Source: an uncultured Cryptobacterium sp. (GTDB lineage Bacteria; Actinomycetota; Coriobacteriia; Coriobacteriales; Eggerthellaceae). Taken from it: a stretch of DNA of 64,000 nucleotides. The DNA is taken from NCBI GenBank assembly GCA_964504115.1, contig CAZDCX010000003.1, forward strand, positions 14,796 through 78,795. The letters run 5' to 3'. Below the pieces are notes generated by a model. It searched no databases and was not told the DNA's origin. It was given only the letters and a program-made list of their open reading frames with translations. Shown piece by piece: positions 11,325 to 21,470 of the stretch. The position numbers and the translations under genes are program-made. How positions within the stretch are numbered: the first letter of the stretch is position 1; every line of letters begins with the position of its first letter.

Positions 11325-12605
11325 TTAGCGCCCTTTGTTCATTTTTGCAGCAATTTCTTCAGGCGATAGTTGCGTTTCTTCAAAGACGCTGTCGGAGTCT
11401 AGACCAAAGGCAGTATGCAAGCAGCGCACAGCGGCTTCAACCTGATTGCCCTCAACTACCACAGAAATACGAATAGGGCTGGTTGAGATCATTAAAATAT
11501 TGATGCGGCTTTCTGCCAAAGCTCCAAATGCTCGTGCTGCCACACCGGGGCTCGACTTCATACCGGTGCCAACCAGCGAAACTTTAGCAATATTCTCATC
11601 CAAGGTCACTTTGGCTACGTTGAACTTACGAGCAACGCGCTCAACGGCCTCCATGGCCTGATCTTTCTGAGAGCCTGGGAAGGTAAATGAAATGTTAGCC
11701 TTGCCATCATTGGTGCTGTTCTGAATGATCATATCAACCGATACATTATTGCTGGCCAAGATAGAGAACAGCTGTGCGGCCATACCAACCTCATCAGGCA
11801 AACCACGCAAGGTGATCTTCATCTCTGATGTGTCGTGCGCTATACCGGAAATAACTGCCTGTTCCATTGAGGGAACAACCTCCTTGACCAAAGTTCCTCG
11901 AGCATCAGAAAACGCCGAACGAGAATGAATAACTACGTTATATTTTCGCGCAAACTCAACAGCACGCGATTGGAGCACCCCCGAACCACCACTCGAGAGC
12001 TCAAGCATGTCGTCATAGGAAATAACATCGAGCTTGCGAGCGCGAGGTGCCACACGTGGATCGGCGGTATAAATCCCTTCAACATCGGAATAAATCTCGC
12101 ATACATCAGCACCAATACCGCAAGCCAGAGCCACTGCCGTTGTATCAGAGCCCCCGCGACCAAGGGTGGTAATGTCACCCTTTTCAGAAAGACCCTGAAA
12201 ACCTGCAACAACCACGATAGCTCCGGTTTTTAAGGCTTCTCTGATTCGAACCGCATCTATTGTTTCAATTTTGGCACTTGAAAAAATATCGTCGGTGGTA
12301 ATGCCTGCCTGCCAGCCGGTAAAGCTAATGGCGTTATACCCGCGAGCTTGAATTGCCATAGCCAAAAGAGACATGCTCACTTGCTCGCCCGTTGAAAGGA
12401 GCATGTCCATTTCGCGCTTGGAAGGATGATCGTTGAGTGCAGCAGCCAAACCAACAAGCTCATCGGTGGTTTTGCCCATGGCGGAAACAACAGCAACGAC
12501 ATCGTTGCCAGCGTTTTTCATTGCGATAAGACGCTTGGCTACATTTTTGATTCGTTCAGGCGAAGCAACCGAAGTGCCGCCAAATTTTGAAACTATTAAA
12601 GACAT
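11325..12605 (-). CDS. lysC: Aspartate kinase
   Basis: SKFGGTSV, VVSAMGKTTD, AGFQG, TTLGRGGSDTTA, GIYTADPR and two ACT domains. Confidence 0.97.
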   Translation of the reverse strand: MSLIVSKFGGTSVASPERIKNVAKRLIAMKNAGNDVVAVVSAMGKTTDELVGLAAALNDHPSKREMDMLLSTGEQVSMSLLAMAIQARGYNAISFTGWQAGITTDDIFSSAKIETIDAVRIREALKTGAIVVVAGFQGLSEKGDITTLGRGGSDTTAVALACGIGADVCEIYSDVEGIYTADPRVAPRARKLDVISYDDMLELSSGGSGVLQSRAVEFARKYNVVIHSRSAFSDARGTLVKEVVPSMEQAVISGIAHDTSEMKITLRGLPDEVGMAAQLFSILASNNVSVDMIIQNSTNDGKANISFTFPGSQKDQAMEAVERVARKFNVAKVTLDENIAKVSLVGTGMKSSPGVAARAFGALAESRINILMISTSPIRISVVVEGNQVEAAVRCLHTAFGLDSDSVFEETQLSPEEIAAKMNKGR

Positions 12606-12681
12606 TGACTTCTTTCTTCGTGCAAGAATACCGCGTACATCTTAGCAAAACGCCACCGAGGCAATGCACAAACCTAGCACC

Positions 12682-13329
12682 TTATGCATACTTCACCATA
12701 ATAGTGCTCATCATATTGGCAACAGCTTCACATTGGTCAGCACAATCTTCCATCAGATCAAAGAGATTGCTCCAAACGGTAACGCGTACCGGATTGTCGC
12801 GCTCGAGGGTAAACAAGTCGCGAATGATACGCATATAAAGCTGATCAGCCTGGTCTTCCAAATCGTTGACTTGGGCTATATAAGACTGGAATTTAGTTGA
12901 CTTTTTGCAATTGCGGAAATCCACCATAGCTTCCGAAAGCGCTTCGGTTGCTTGAACAATGAGCTTAGCAAATGGTTTTGCTTCTGCGTGCATAAAGTGA
13001 ATATCGTACATATAGAAGTGTTGCACGATCTCTTCAATCATGTCGGTTACTTCATCAAGGCTTTGAGCCAAATTGATAATATCCTCACGATCGATTGGGG
13101 TAACAAAATCGGGAAGGAGCGCCTCAAATACGCTGTAACATACTGCGTCACCTTCACGTTCGAGATTATGAGCACGCTCCAGGTACTGCTCTAAATCACT
13201 CGCTTTTTTAAAATCGTGTACGACCTCTTTGAGTAACTTAGCTTCTTTAACTGCGATAGCTGCTTGGCTCTCAAACGCATCGTAATAATCGAATTTTCGC
13301 TTTTTCTTTTCTTTCTTTACCCGTGCCAT
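12682..13329 (-). CDS. DUF47 (PhoU-like phosphate transport regulator) family protein
   Basis: LEREGD, FVTPIDREDIINLAQSLDEVTD, LEDQAD, MEDCADQCE. Confidence 0.88.
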   Translation of the reverse strand: MARVKKEKKKRKFDYYDAFESQAAIAVKEAKLLKEVVHDFKKASDLEQYLERAHNLEREGDAVCYSVFEALLPDFVTPIDREDIINLAQSLDEVTDMIEEIVQHFYMYDIHFMHAEAKPFAKLIVQATEALSEAMVDFRNCKKSTKFQSYIAQVNDLEDQADQLYMRIIRDLFTLERDNPVRVTVWSNLFDLMEDCADQCEAVANMMSTIMVKYA

Positions 13330-13435
13330 GATTGACCCTTGATCCTTTCTTACAAAGACAAAGCCCCTCTTGGTATCGCAGCGTTTATATCAAGCATATG
13401 CTCGAACATAAACGCTCTCCATGCCGACACCTATC

Positions 13436-14113
13436 CTAACAGAAATAAGCAAACACCCGATGCTGCTCATCAGCAATGGTAGTAAGAGAATTGTGTCCAG
13501 GCAGCACCAGGGTATCAAGCGGCAATTGGGACAGACGCCGCAATGAAGCGCGCATATCGCGATCATTGCCGCCCTCAAAATCGGTGCGACCGATTGAACC
13601 GCAAAAGAGCGTATCACCAGAAATGAGCACGTTTGACCCATCGAGGTGTTCGCCGTATTCAGAATCAAGGAACAAGCAAATGCCACCAGGGGTATGGCCC
13701 GGCGTTGCAAGAACCTTCCAGCGCATATTACCAAGCGCAATGATGTCCTTATCTTTTACGGTATGATCAACCTTGCACGATTCTGCAGGAGGATAACCCT
13801 TCGGCTGATGCTCGATAATAGGTGCATCAATTGCCGAGGCATACACAGGAGCGCCCGTTTTATCCTTGAGTGCTTTTAACGCGCTCGTGTGATCGGCATG
13901 GTGATGAGTTACCACGATTGCATCAAGGGTGCGCTGCCCCAGTGCACTAATAATGCGATCGGCATCATCTGAAGGGTCAACTACAAAAGTCGTTGTTGCA
14001 TCAGAAATAATATAGGTATTGTTCTGAATAGGCCCTAAAACCATAAATTCGATATCAACACAAGCGCCCGTTACCACATAGACACGCCCGGATTTCTTTA
14101 CCTCTACCCGCAT
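13436..14113 (-). CDS. MBL-fold metallo-hydrolase (glyoxalase II/YcbL-like)
   Basis: THHHADH, TPGHTPG, SGDTLFCGSIGRTD, VLPGH. Confidence 0.93.
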   Translation of the reverse strand: MRVEVKKSGRVYVVTGACVDIEFMVLGPIQNNTYIISDATTTFVVDPSDDADRIISALGQRTLDAIVVTHHHADHTSALKALKDKTGAPVYASAIDAPIIEHQPKGYPPAESCKVDHTVKDKDIIALGNMRWKVLATPGHTPGGICLFLDSEYGEHLDGSNVLISGDTLFCGSIGRTDFEGGNDRDMRASLRRLSQLPLDTLVLPGHNSLTTIADEQHRVFAYFC

Positions 14114-14132
14114 GCTTGCTCACCCCTGCCGA

Positions 14133-16466
14133 CTATTTTTTCGAAGTAGTTTTTGGCATCATACGATGGGCATCAAAAACGCCCTCAACAGACTTCAGTT
14201 TATTCAAGATGCGCTCAATCGATGCCGTATCTGAAACCTGAAGTAAAAATCTCATTTCCACCATGCCATCGCGGTGCGTGTTAGTGCTCGATGAGAGCAC
14301 ATTGGCGCCGTATTCAGAGAGCACCGAAGCAACATCTATCAGCAGATTCATACGATCGAGAGCCTCAATAAAGACCTCAACATTAAATGAGCGGCCACTT
14401 GAGGGTGTATGATCTTCCCAAAATACTTCTATAATTCGCTCAGGATGCTGTTTGAGTGCTACAGCGTTAGGGCAATCGTCGCGATGAACGGAAACGCCAC
14501 GGCCGCGCGTAACAAATCCTACAATCTTGTCGCCAGGAACCGGATTACAGCAGCGAGAAAGACGCACCAACACATCATCGATGCCTCGCACCACCACACC
14601 ACTTGGAGTATGAGTCTCATGCTTTTTAGGACGCTTGACGCTGGTGATCATCGGCGGCATTTTTCCTGTGGAAGAAGCCGACATTCCCACAAGGGGCTTT
14701 TCAGCATCTTCAGTACCACGATCAACCAAAATCTTGAGCATACGATTGGCTACATGAGTTGCATTTTCTTTTCCAGTTCCAACACAAACCAACATGTCGT
14801 CGGCGTCTTTAAAACCGAGCGCCTCTGCAACTTGGCGCATGGCGCGCATACTCTGAGCAGACGAAATACCAAAGCCATGTTTGCGCATCTCAAGCATGAG
14901 TTTGTCGCGTCCGGTTTGCAGATCGTCCGATCGGCTAATGCGCGAAAAAAAAGAACGGATTTTAGAACGTGCGCGCGGTGTTTTGACCATGTTGATCCAG
15001 TCACGCGTTGGTGTTGCGCTTTTCTGGGTAAGAATCTCAACCCGGTCGCCCATTTGTAAGGTATAGCTCAACGGAACAATAGAGCCATTGACCTTAGCGC
15101 CCACGCAGTGGTTGCCCACCTCGGTATGAATGGCATATGCAAAGTCAACCGGCGTTGATCCAAAACGCAAGCTCATGGCTTTGCCCTTTGGCGTAAAGAC
15201 ATACACCTCTTTAGGGTCAAGATCGGTTTTTAATGATTTCAAGAACTCGCGAGAATCCTTGGTTTCATCCTGCCAATCCACCATTTCGCGCAGCCATGCG
15301 ATCTGCTTATCAAAGGCAGTATCAACACCCTTGCCGCCCTTTTCCTTGTAGCGCCAATGCGCCGCAACGCCATACTCACTCATGCGGTGCATTTCTTCCG
15401 TTCTGATTTGCACCTCAAGCGGACGGCCCGTTGGGCCAATAACGGTTGTATGGAGGCTCTGATACATATTGAACTTCGGCATGGCGATGTAATCTTTAAA
15501 ACGCCCTGGCATGGGATGCCACAAGCTATGAACCGCGCCCAAGGCCGAATAACAATCTTTAACTGAGGTAACAATGATGCGCACCGCAATAAGATCGTAT
15601 ATTTCCGAGAACCCTTTGCCCTTTCGAGTCATTTTTTGATAGATGGAATACAAATGCTTGGGACGGCCCATAATTTGAGCTTCCACGTTAATCTTGTCCA
15701 TCTCGTCATGAAGAATCGAGATGATGGTTTGCAAATACTCTTCACGTTCATGGCGCGTCTCAGCCACCATGCGAGAAACCTGCTTAAACTTGGTAGGCTC
15801 CAAGTAGAAAAAGGCCAGATCTTCCAGTTCCCACTTAATAGAGCTAATACCTAAACGATGAGCAATAGGGGCATAAATCTCACGTGTCTCGGTCGCTTTG
15901 AAAATACGACGGTCTTCACGCAATGCCGAAAGAGTGCGCATATTATGCAAACGGTCGGCAAGCTTAATAACCATGACACGAATATCTTTGCTCATGGCAA
16001 TGAGCATCTTGCGAAACGTTTCTGCTTGCTCGTCAGAAAGATTTTCAACTTCGATCTTCGTAATTTTGGTGACGCCGTCAACCAAATCGGCAATGTTTTG
16101 TCCGAAAAGCTGGGCCACTTGCTCTTTAGTGGCTACGGTATCTTCCACCGTGTCGTGCAAGAGGGCTGCACAGAGCGTTTCATGATCCATGTGCAAGTCG
16201 GCCAAAATAATGGCAACCTCAACCGGGTGAATAACAAAATCTTCGCCCGACTTGCGCTTTTGTCCATTGTGCATCTTCTTTGCAAACTGAAAGGCTTTCT
16301 CGAGAAGCTCAAGCTCATCGGCGGCAAGATATCCTGAAACACTTTCCTTCAAAACCGCAAAACGCTCATCTGGATCAGAGCCGACCGGTGCCGAGGTGGC
16401 AGATCGAATGGTCGGATCGACATTGGATGCCGTAAATTCTGTATATTGTGACGTATGATCGGCCAT
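14133..16466 (-). CDS. relA: Bifunctional (p)ppGpp synthetase/hydrolase Rel
   Basis: LHDTVED HD domain, KLADRLHNMRTL, GRPKHLYSIY, YQSLHTT, EVQIRT, TGS (TPVDFAYAIHTEVG), CCNPVPGD, ACT. Confidence 0.97.
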   Translation of the reverse strand: MADHTSQYTEFTASNVDPTIRSATSAPVGSDPDERFAVLKESVSGYLAADELELLEKAFQFAKKMHNGQKRKSGEDFVIHPVEVAIILADLHMDHETLCAALLHDTVEDTVATKEQVAQLFGQNIADLVDGVTKITKIEVENLSDEQAETFRKMLIAMSKDIRVMVIKLADRLHNMRTLSALREDRRIFKATETREIYAPIAHRLGISSIKWELEDLAFFYLEPTKFKQVSRMVAETRHEREEYLQTIISILHDEMDKINVEAQIMGRPKHLYSIYQKMTRKGKGFSEIYDLIAVRIIVTSVKDCYSALGAVHSLWHPMPGRFKDYIAMPKFNMYQSLHTTVIGPTGRPLEVQIRTEEMHRMSEYGVAAHWRYKEKGGKGVDTAFDKQIAWLREMVDWQDETKDSREFLKSLKTDLDPKEVYVFTPKGKAMSLRFGSTPVDFAYAIHTEVGNHCVGAKVNGSIVPLSYTLQMGDRVEILTQKSATPTRDWINMVKTPRARSKIRSFFSRISRSDDLQTGRDKLMLEMRKHGFGISSAQSMRAMRQVAEALGFKDADDMLVCVGTGKENATHVANRMLKILVDRGTEDAEKPLVGMSASSTGKMPPMITSVKRPKKHETHTPSGVVVRGIDDVLVRLSRCCNPVPGDKIVGFVTRGRGVSVHRDDCPNAVALKQHPERIIEVFWEDHTPSSGRSFNVEVFIEALDRMNLLIDVASVLSEYGANVLSSSTNTHRDGMVEMRFLLQVSDTASIERILNKLKSVEGVFDAHRMMPKTTSKK

Positions 16467-16471
16467 ACGCC

Positions 16472-19400
16472 TTACCCCCTTTTTGCGTTATAGAAATCGC
16501 TGGGAAGCAGCGGATGCTGAATGCGCTGCTGCAACTGCTCTGCCGAGCACCCTAAGACCCAGTCTTTAAAAGCGATAAACGAATCGAGCTCATCCATCCC
16601 CTCCCGATAACGTACGCTATCGGTAAGTTCAACCTTTCCAGTATAGTCTACGACATATACGTTGAGTATTGGCTCGTTATCCTGCGGTATTGCCTTAGTT
16701 TTTAGCAAACCGAGCTCTTCGAAAACCGGTATGCTGCTTCCCACATGCGAAGGCTGAAGCACAATTCCGAGTGAATCTTTAATTGCACAAACCACCGTAT
16801 CTTCCTCTAACGCAAAATAGGCGTTGTGCTGGCGCTGAAGTGCACGCAGGGTTCTATAAATGCTTGCCATTTCAGTGTGGTTGGGCGTGATCGTATCAAG
16901 CAGCGCAGTGTTGATACGAGCATCCTCTTTTCCAAACAAAAGATGGATATGAGCCTCTTGTCCATCGCGACCAGCACGCCCACTCATTTGGTTAAACTCA
17001 ACTTCGCTGAAGGGCAAATGATAGAGCACCACATGGCGGATTGCCGGAATGTCAATTCCTTCACCAAAAGCCGATGTGGCAACTAAAACTTGCAATTTTC
17101 CCACACGGAAAAGATCTTCTACGCGCTTGCGTTCTGCCCGTGATAAACCTGCGTTATAAAAGCCAATAAGCGAGGCAATATGAGGCTCCTGTTTGCGCAA
17201 TTCACGCACGAGCGTAACTGATTCCAGCCGTGAATTAACATAGATAAGCGTTTTCTCACCGCGTGCCACCAGATTGACTAAATAGCGCTCGCGTTTTCTG
17301 ATGTTGCGTTTGTCATCAATGATTAAATTGCCTCGCGCGGTGTCATCGAAAACGCACTCAGTAATGCCACAAGACTCTTGTAAATCTTGTTGCACGGCAG
17401 TATCGGCTGTTGCAGTAAGAGCGAGTACCTGTGGGTTGCCCAATCGCTGCAAGGCTTTACCAAAATGCTTATAAGAAGGCCTAAATCCCGCCTTTGAGGT
17501 GCTTACATGGTGCGCTTCATCGATAACAACAAACTGTATTGATTGCAAGCGAGCAAAGTCTTCAATATGAAAATCAAAGTACTCCGGCGTGGTCATAACA
17601 ATGTCAACTTCGTGCGCCTGTAATTGGGATTGTATTTGAGCGCGCTCCTCTGGTGTTGAAGCGCCCGTAAGCACTTTTATGCGCACACCAAACGATTCCA
17701 ATGCGTGTTCGAGATGAAATGCCTGATCAGCCACAAGAGCACGCAAGGGATAGATAAATACGCTTACCGCTTCATCCTTTAAGGCACGTTCTATGGCATA
17801 CAGGTGAAAAATAAGCGATTTGCCTTGGCCAGTACCCATAACGGTAAAAACCGAGGCTCCCGCGTCAAGAAGACGAAGGGTCTGCTCTTGCGCCTCATGC
17901 AAATGCCCCTCACCTAAAAAGGCTTGGATAAGATCTTTTCGAAAGGCCACTGGATCAGAGGCGGCCTGCTTAGCGTACAACGTGCGATCTAAAACAAAAG
18001 GGGCCTGCCCCGCGACATCGCCACATTCCTCCCCTGCCTGATCGGTAGCTGAAGTGCTGGTAATAAGATCAGAGACAAAATCTTTATCAGCACCAAGACT
18101 TGCTTCGAGCAGAGGGCAAGGACTGAGGGGCTTGAGCGAGGTAATAACCGCTTTAACAGAACGCCGCCCCTTCCAAATGTCAATCTGAAGCTCAAACACA
18201 GCATCCATAGCCACCCCAGCATTGAGCAAACTGTTGGGATCAGGGCAGTGAAACATGATGCTCGAGAGAGTATGAACCCCATCGGTCAAGATACAGGAAA
18301 GGTGATTCTTATCTGTACCAACAGCTCGCCCGCTTGAGATAACGACTCCATGCGCCAGGAAGTGAGGGCTGGTATTCTCTTGGCCAAAAGGCGCTAGGAG
18401 CTCAAGCTTTTCAACGTTTTCAAGCGTCAGCTCGCCCAAATCAACCTGAGCATCAACAGTAATTTTGGGAATAAAATCCTCCGCAGGCAAAGTGTCCATA
18501 TAGGCACATAATTCACGCTTAAACTCAGGGAGCGCATCAGCTGCAAGGGTAACACCCACTGCGGCATGATGGCCTCCAAAACGAGTAAGGAGATGCTGAC
18601 ACGATGAAACCGCTTGGAAAAGATTAACGTCGCCCACGCTACGCCCTGAGCCATGCGCTTGACCATCCTCAATGGTGAAGAGAATCGAGGGCACACCATA
18701 GCGATTCGTTAAACGAGAAGCAACAATGCCTTTCACGCCTTCATGCCAGTGCTTCCCTGCCACCACCAGCGCTCGGCTACCATCATAGACACGCTCTGCT
18801 TCGGCCATAGCTACCTCGGCCAGCTCTGACTCAATGGTACGCCGCTGGGTATTGGTTTGCTCAAGCTCAGCAGCAAGATGTGCCGCCACGGCAAAATCAT
18901 CAGACAAGAGCAAATCAAGAGCTAATTGGGCATTTCCCATACGACCAGCTGCATTGAGACGCGGAACAAGTGTGAAGCTCAAATTAGAAGAAGAAACGGG
19001 CTTATCAGCAAAACCGGACTCCCCTAGCAAAGCAGCTATACACGGACGCGGCGATTCGTTAATCATGCGAATACCCTCAGCCACAAGAGCGCGATTCTGA
19101 TCACGCATAGGCATAAGGTCGGCCACCGTTCCAAGGGCCGCTAGATCAATCAACTCGCGCCACAAATGAGGTTTACCGAAGCGCGATCCTACCGCTTGCA
19201 CCACCTTGAGCGCAACGCCGGCACCAGCCAAAATTGAACTGGGATTATCGCCGCATTTTGGATCAACCACCGGCACGCCCTCGGGAATTAAATCAGCAGG
19301 TTCGTGATGATCGGTAATGACCACATCAACACCTTGCTCTTGGAGCTCTTCCACCTCATGTTTTGCGGCGATGCCATTATCAACGGTAATAAGCAGTTGT

Positions 19401-19807
19401 GGTTTATGGCCAAGCAAACGCTCAATGGCTGCATGCGACAAGCCATAACCCTCCTCAAAGCGCAGAGGAATAAAGGGGATTACGTTGCCAGAACAAGCAC
19501 GAAGCCCCCGGGTCATCAAGGTAGTAGCTGAAACGCCATCAAGATCAAAATCGCCATAAACAAGTATGCGCTCGCCTTGTTGAATAGCCAAAACGATGCG
19601 ATCAACCGCTGCTTCCATGTTTTCGATGTCGTAGGGGTTAGCCCAATCGGACTCAAGAGACGGCGCTAAAAACCGCCGTGCTTTTGGAGCAGTATCAATA
19701 CCACGTGCAACGAGCGTTGCCGCAATAAAATGCGGCAAATCGAGCTCTTCAACTAATGTGGCCACGGCAGCAGGGTCCGCCGCCGTAAGATTAATGCGCA
19801 TGCTCAT
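16472..19807 (-). CDS. recJ: RecJ ssDNA exonuclease fused to a C-terminal SF2 DEAH (RecQ-like) helicase
   Basis: YGDFDLDG, TVDNG, ITDHH, GTVADLMP, PRLNAAGRM, FGGHHAAVG, APFGQEN; then MGTGQGKS, IDEAHH, LTATA, ATSAFGEGID, QMSGRAGRDG in one 1111-aa frame. Confidence 0.93.
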   Translation of the reverse strand: MSMRINLTAADPAAVATLVEELDLPHFIAATLVARGIDTAPKARRFLAPSLESDWANPYDIENMEAAVDRIVLAIQQGERILVYGDFDLDGVSATTLMTRGLRACSGNVIPFIPLRFEEGYGLSHAAIERLLGHKPQLLITVDNGIAAKHEVEELQEQGVDVVITDHHEPADLIPEGVPVVDPKCGDNPSSILAGAGVALKVVQAVGSRFGKPHLWRELIDLAALGTVADLMPMRDQNRALVAEGIRMINESPRPCIAALLGESGFADKPVSSSNLSFTLVPRLNAAGRMGNAQLALDLLLSDDFAVAAHLAAELEQTNTQRRTIESELAEVAMAEAERVYDGSRALVVAGKHWHEGVKGIVASRLTNRYGVPSILFTIEDGQAHGSGRSVGDVNLFQAVSSCQHLLTRFGGHHAAVGVTLAADALPEFKRELCAYMDTLPAEDFIPKITVDAQVDLGELTLENVEKLELLAPFGQENTSPHFLAHGVVISSGRAVGTDKNHLSCILTDGVHTLSSIMFHCPDPNSLLNAGVAMDAVFELQIDIWKGRRSVKAVITSLKPLSPCPLLEASLGADKDFVSDLITSTSATDQAGEECGDVAGQAPFVLDRTLYAKQAASDPVAFRKDLIQAFLGEGHLHEAQEQTLRLLDAGASVFTVMGTGQGKSLIFHLYAIERALKDEAVSVFIYPLRALVADQAFHLEHALESFGVRIKVLTGASTPEERAQIQSQLQAHEVDIVMTTPEYFDFHIEDFARLQSIQFVVIDEAHHVSTSKAGFRPSYKHFGKALQRLGNPQVLALTATADTAVQQDLQESCGITECVFDDTARGNLIIDDKRNIRKRERYLVNLVARGEKTLIYVNSRLESVTLVRELRKQEPHIASLIGFYNAGLSRAERKRVEDLFRVGKLQVLVATSAFGEGIDIPAIRHVVLYHLPFSEVEFNQMSGRAGRDGQEAHIHLLFGKEDARINTALLDTITPNHTEMASIYRTLRALQRQHNAYFALEEDTVVCAIKDSLGIVLQPSHVGSSIPVFEELGLLKTKAIPQDNEPILNVYVVDYTGKVELTDSVRYREGMDELDSFIAFKDWVLGCSAEQLQQRIQHPLLPSDFYNAKRG

Positions 19808-19913
19808 GCTTGAAACCCATCTCGCTTGTTCTCAACTAGCATTTTCGCATAAACCTGCAAGAAAACGAACCCTGCATAAGCACCGAGCTATTGAATTATT
19901 TCCAGCAATAAGC

Positions 19914-20495
19914 TTATTTTGTGGCGTTAAATACCTCTTGCGTGCGCGCTAAACCATTCAAAAGAAGCGATTCGGCCGCCTCGGCTGCTCGCGTGATTGC
20001 CTCGTCAAATAAGCAGGCATCATCTTTTTTTGGCTCAGCAAGAACAAACGTAACTACGCTCATCCGGCCAGGAGGGCGACCAATACCAGTACGAACACGA
20101 ATAAAATCGCGGGTGCCCAGCTTTTCAATAATAGACTTCAGCCCATTGTGGCCCGCATGACCACCACCCGATTTAACGCGCACCGTGCCAGGTGCAATAT
20201 CGAGCTCATCATGAATAACAATCAAATCAGAAGAGGTAGCCTCATACTCTTTGCACAGGCGAGCAACAGGCCCACCTGAAAGATTCATAAAACTCTGAGG
20301 CTTGGCAAGGATGACCTTCTCTATTGAGCCATCGCCGTGGCGCACTTTTGCTTCCCCCACAAGAGAGCCACAGGTCGTTTTCCAATAGGTAACAGCCCAC
20401 TTTTTGCCAAGCTGATCGATTACCTCAAAGCCTGCATTGTGACGGGTATGAGCATACTCTTCACCAGGATTTCCAAGACCAACGATAACGCGCAT
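19914..20495 (-). CDS. pth: Peptidyl-tRNA hydrolase
   Basis: VGLGNPG, TRHNAGF, KPQSFMNLSG, HDELD, GGHAGHNGLKS. Confidence 0.97.
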   Translation of the reverse strand: MRVIVGLGNPGEEYAHTRHNAGFEVIDQLGKKWAVTYWKTTCGSLVGEAKVRHGDGSIEKVILAKPQSFMNLSGGPVARLCKEYEATSSDLIVIHDELDIAPGTVRVKSGGGHAGHNGLKSIIEKLGTRDFIRVRTGIGRPPGRMSVVTFVLAEPKKDDACLFDEAITRAAEAAESLLLNGLARTQEVFNATK

Positions 20496-20498
20496 GGT

Positions 20499-21470
20499 TT
20501 ACAGGGCAAACTCAGGGTCGAACAAAACCGAAACCGACTCATTGGCATACACATTGTTGATAGCAGAAGCCAGCAGCGATGCCACCGAAAGAACTCTGAT
20601 CTTGCCCGTAATCTTCTCTTGCGGAACAGGAATGGTATTGCACACTACAACTTCGTCGATCTGAGAATTTTCAAGACGCTCGTATGCTGGACCCGAAAAG
20701 ACTGGATGGGTTGCACAAACATATACCTTTTCAGCACCCTTTTCCTTCAAGGACACCACAGCCGCGCACAGCGTACCGGCAGTATCAATCATGTCGTCGT
20801 TAACGATGCAAATCTTGCCTTCAACATCACCAATCAGAGCAGTGATTTCTGCCTTGTTGTGACCTGGACGGCCTTTGTGCATAATTGCCAGATCAGCCTC
20901 AAGCATGTTAGAGAGCTTCTTTGCGGCCTTAGCGCGGCCAACATCGGGGCTTACTACGCAGAGCTTTTCCTTGTCTAAACCCTTACGTTTAAAGTAATCG
21001 CTAAAGATTGGCAGAGCGGTGAGATGATCAACCGGTGTATTGAAGAAGCCTTGGATCTGACCTTGATGCAAATCAATTGTGATGGTGCGCGAAATACCAG
21101 CAGCCGTCATAAGATCGGCTACCAACTTTGCCGTAATGGGCTCACGAGCAGCAGCTTTGCGATCTTGGCGCGCATAGCCATAACATGGCACAACAGCATT
21201 GATCGTGCGAGCCGAAGCGCGCTTAGCAGCATCAGCCATAATAAGCAGCTCCATCAAAGCTTCGTTTACATTGGGAGTTGCGGTTGATTGAATAATAAAC
21301 ACATCGGAACCACGAACGCTTTCAAGGTAGCGAGCATAGATTTCGCCATTCGAAAACTTTTCGAGTTTCACATTACCAAGCGTTGTTCCAAGAGAAGTCG
21401 CAATTTCTTCGGCTAATTCAGGACACGTTGATCCTGCGAAGATCGCCATGGTTTTTGTCATGTTGCTCAT
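20499..21470 (-). CDS. prs: Ribose-phosphate pyrophosphokinase
   Basis: FSNGEI, YGYARQDRK, DLHQGQIQGFF, VSPDVG, NDDMIDTAGT. Start trimmed to ATG 21470, overlapping the glmU stop. Confidence 0.97.
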   Translation of the reverse strand: MSNMTKTMAIFAGSTCPELAEEIATSLGTTLGNVKLEKFSNGEIYARYLESVRGSDVFIIQSTATPNVNEALMELLIMADAAKRASARTINAVVPCYGYARQDRKAAAREPITAKLVADLMTAAGISRTITIDLHQGQIQGFFNTPVDHLTALPIFSDYFKRKGLDKEKLCVVSPDVGRAKAAKKLSNMLEADLAIMHKGRPGHNKAEITALIGDVEGKICIVNDDMIDTAGTLCAAVVSLKEKGAEKVYVCATHPVFSGPAYERLENSQIDEVVVCNTIPVPQEKITGKIRVLSVASLLASAINNVYANESVSVLFDPEFAL

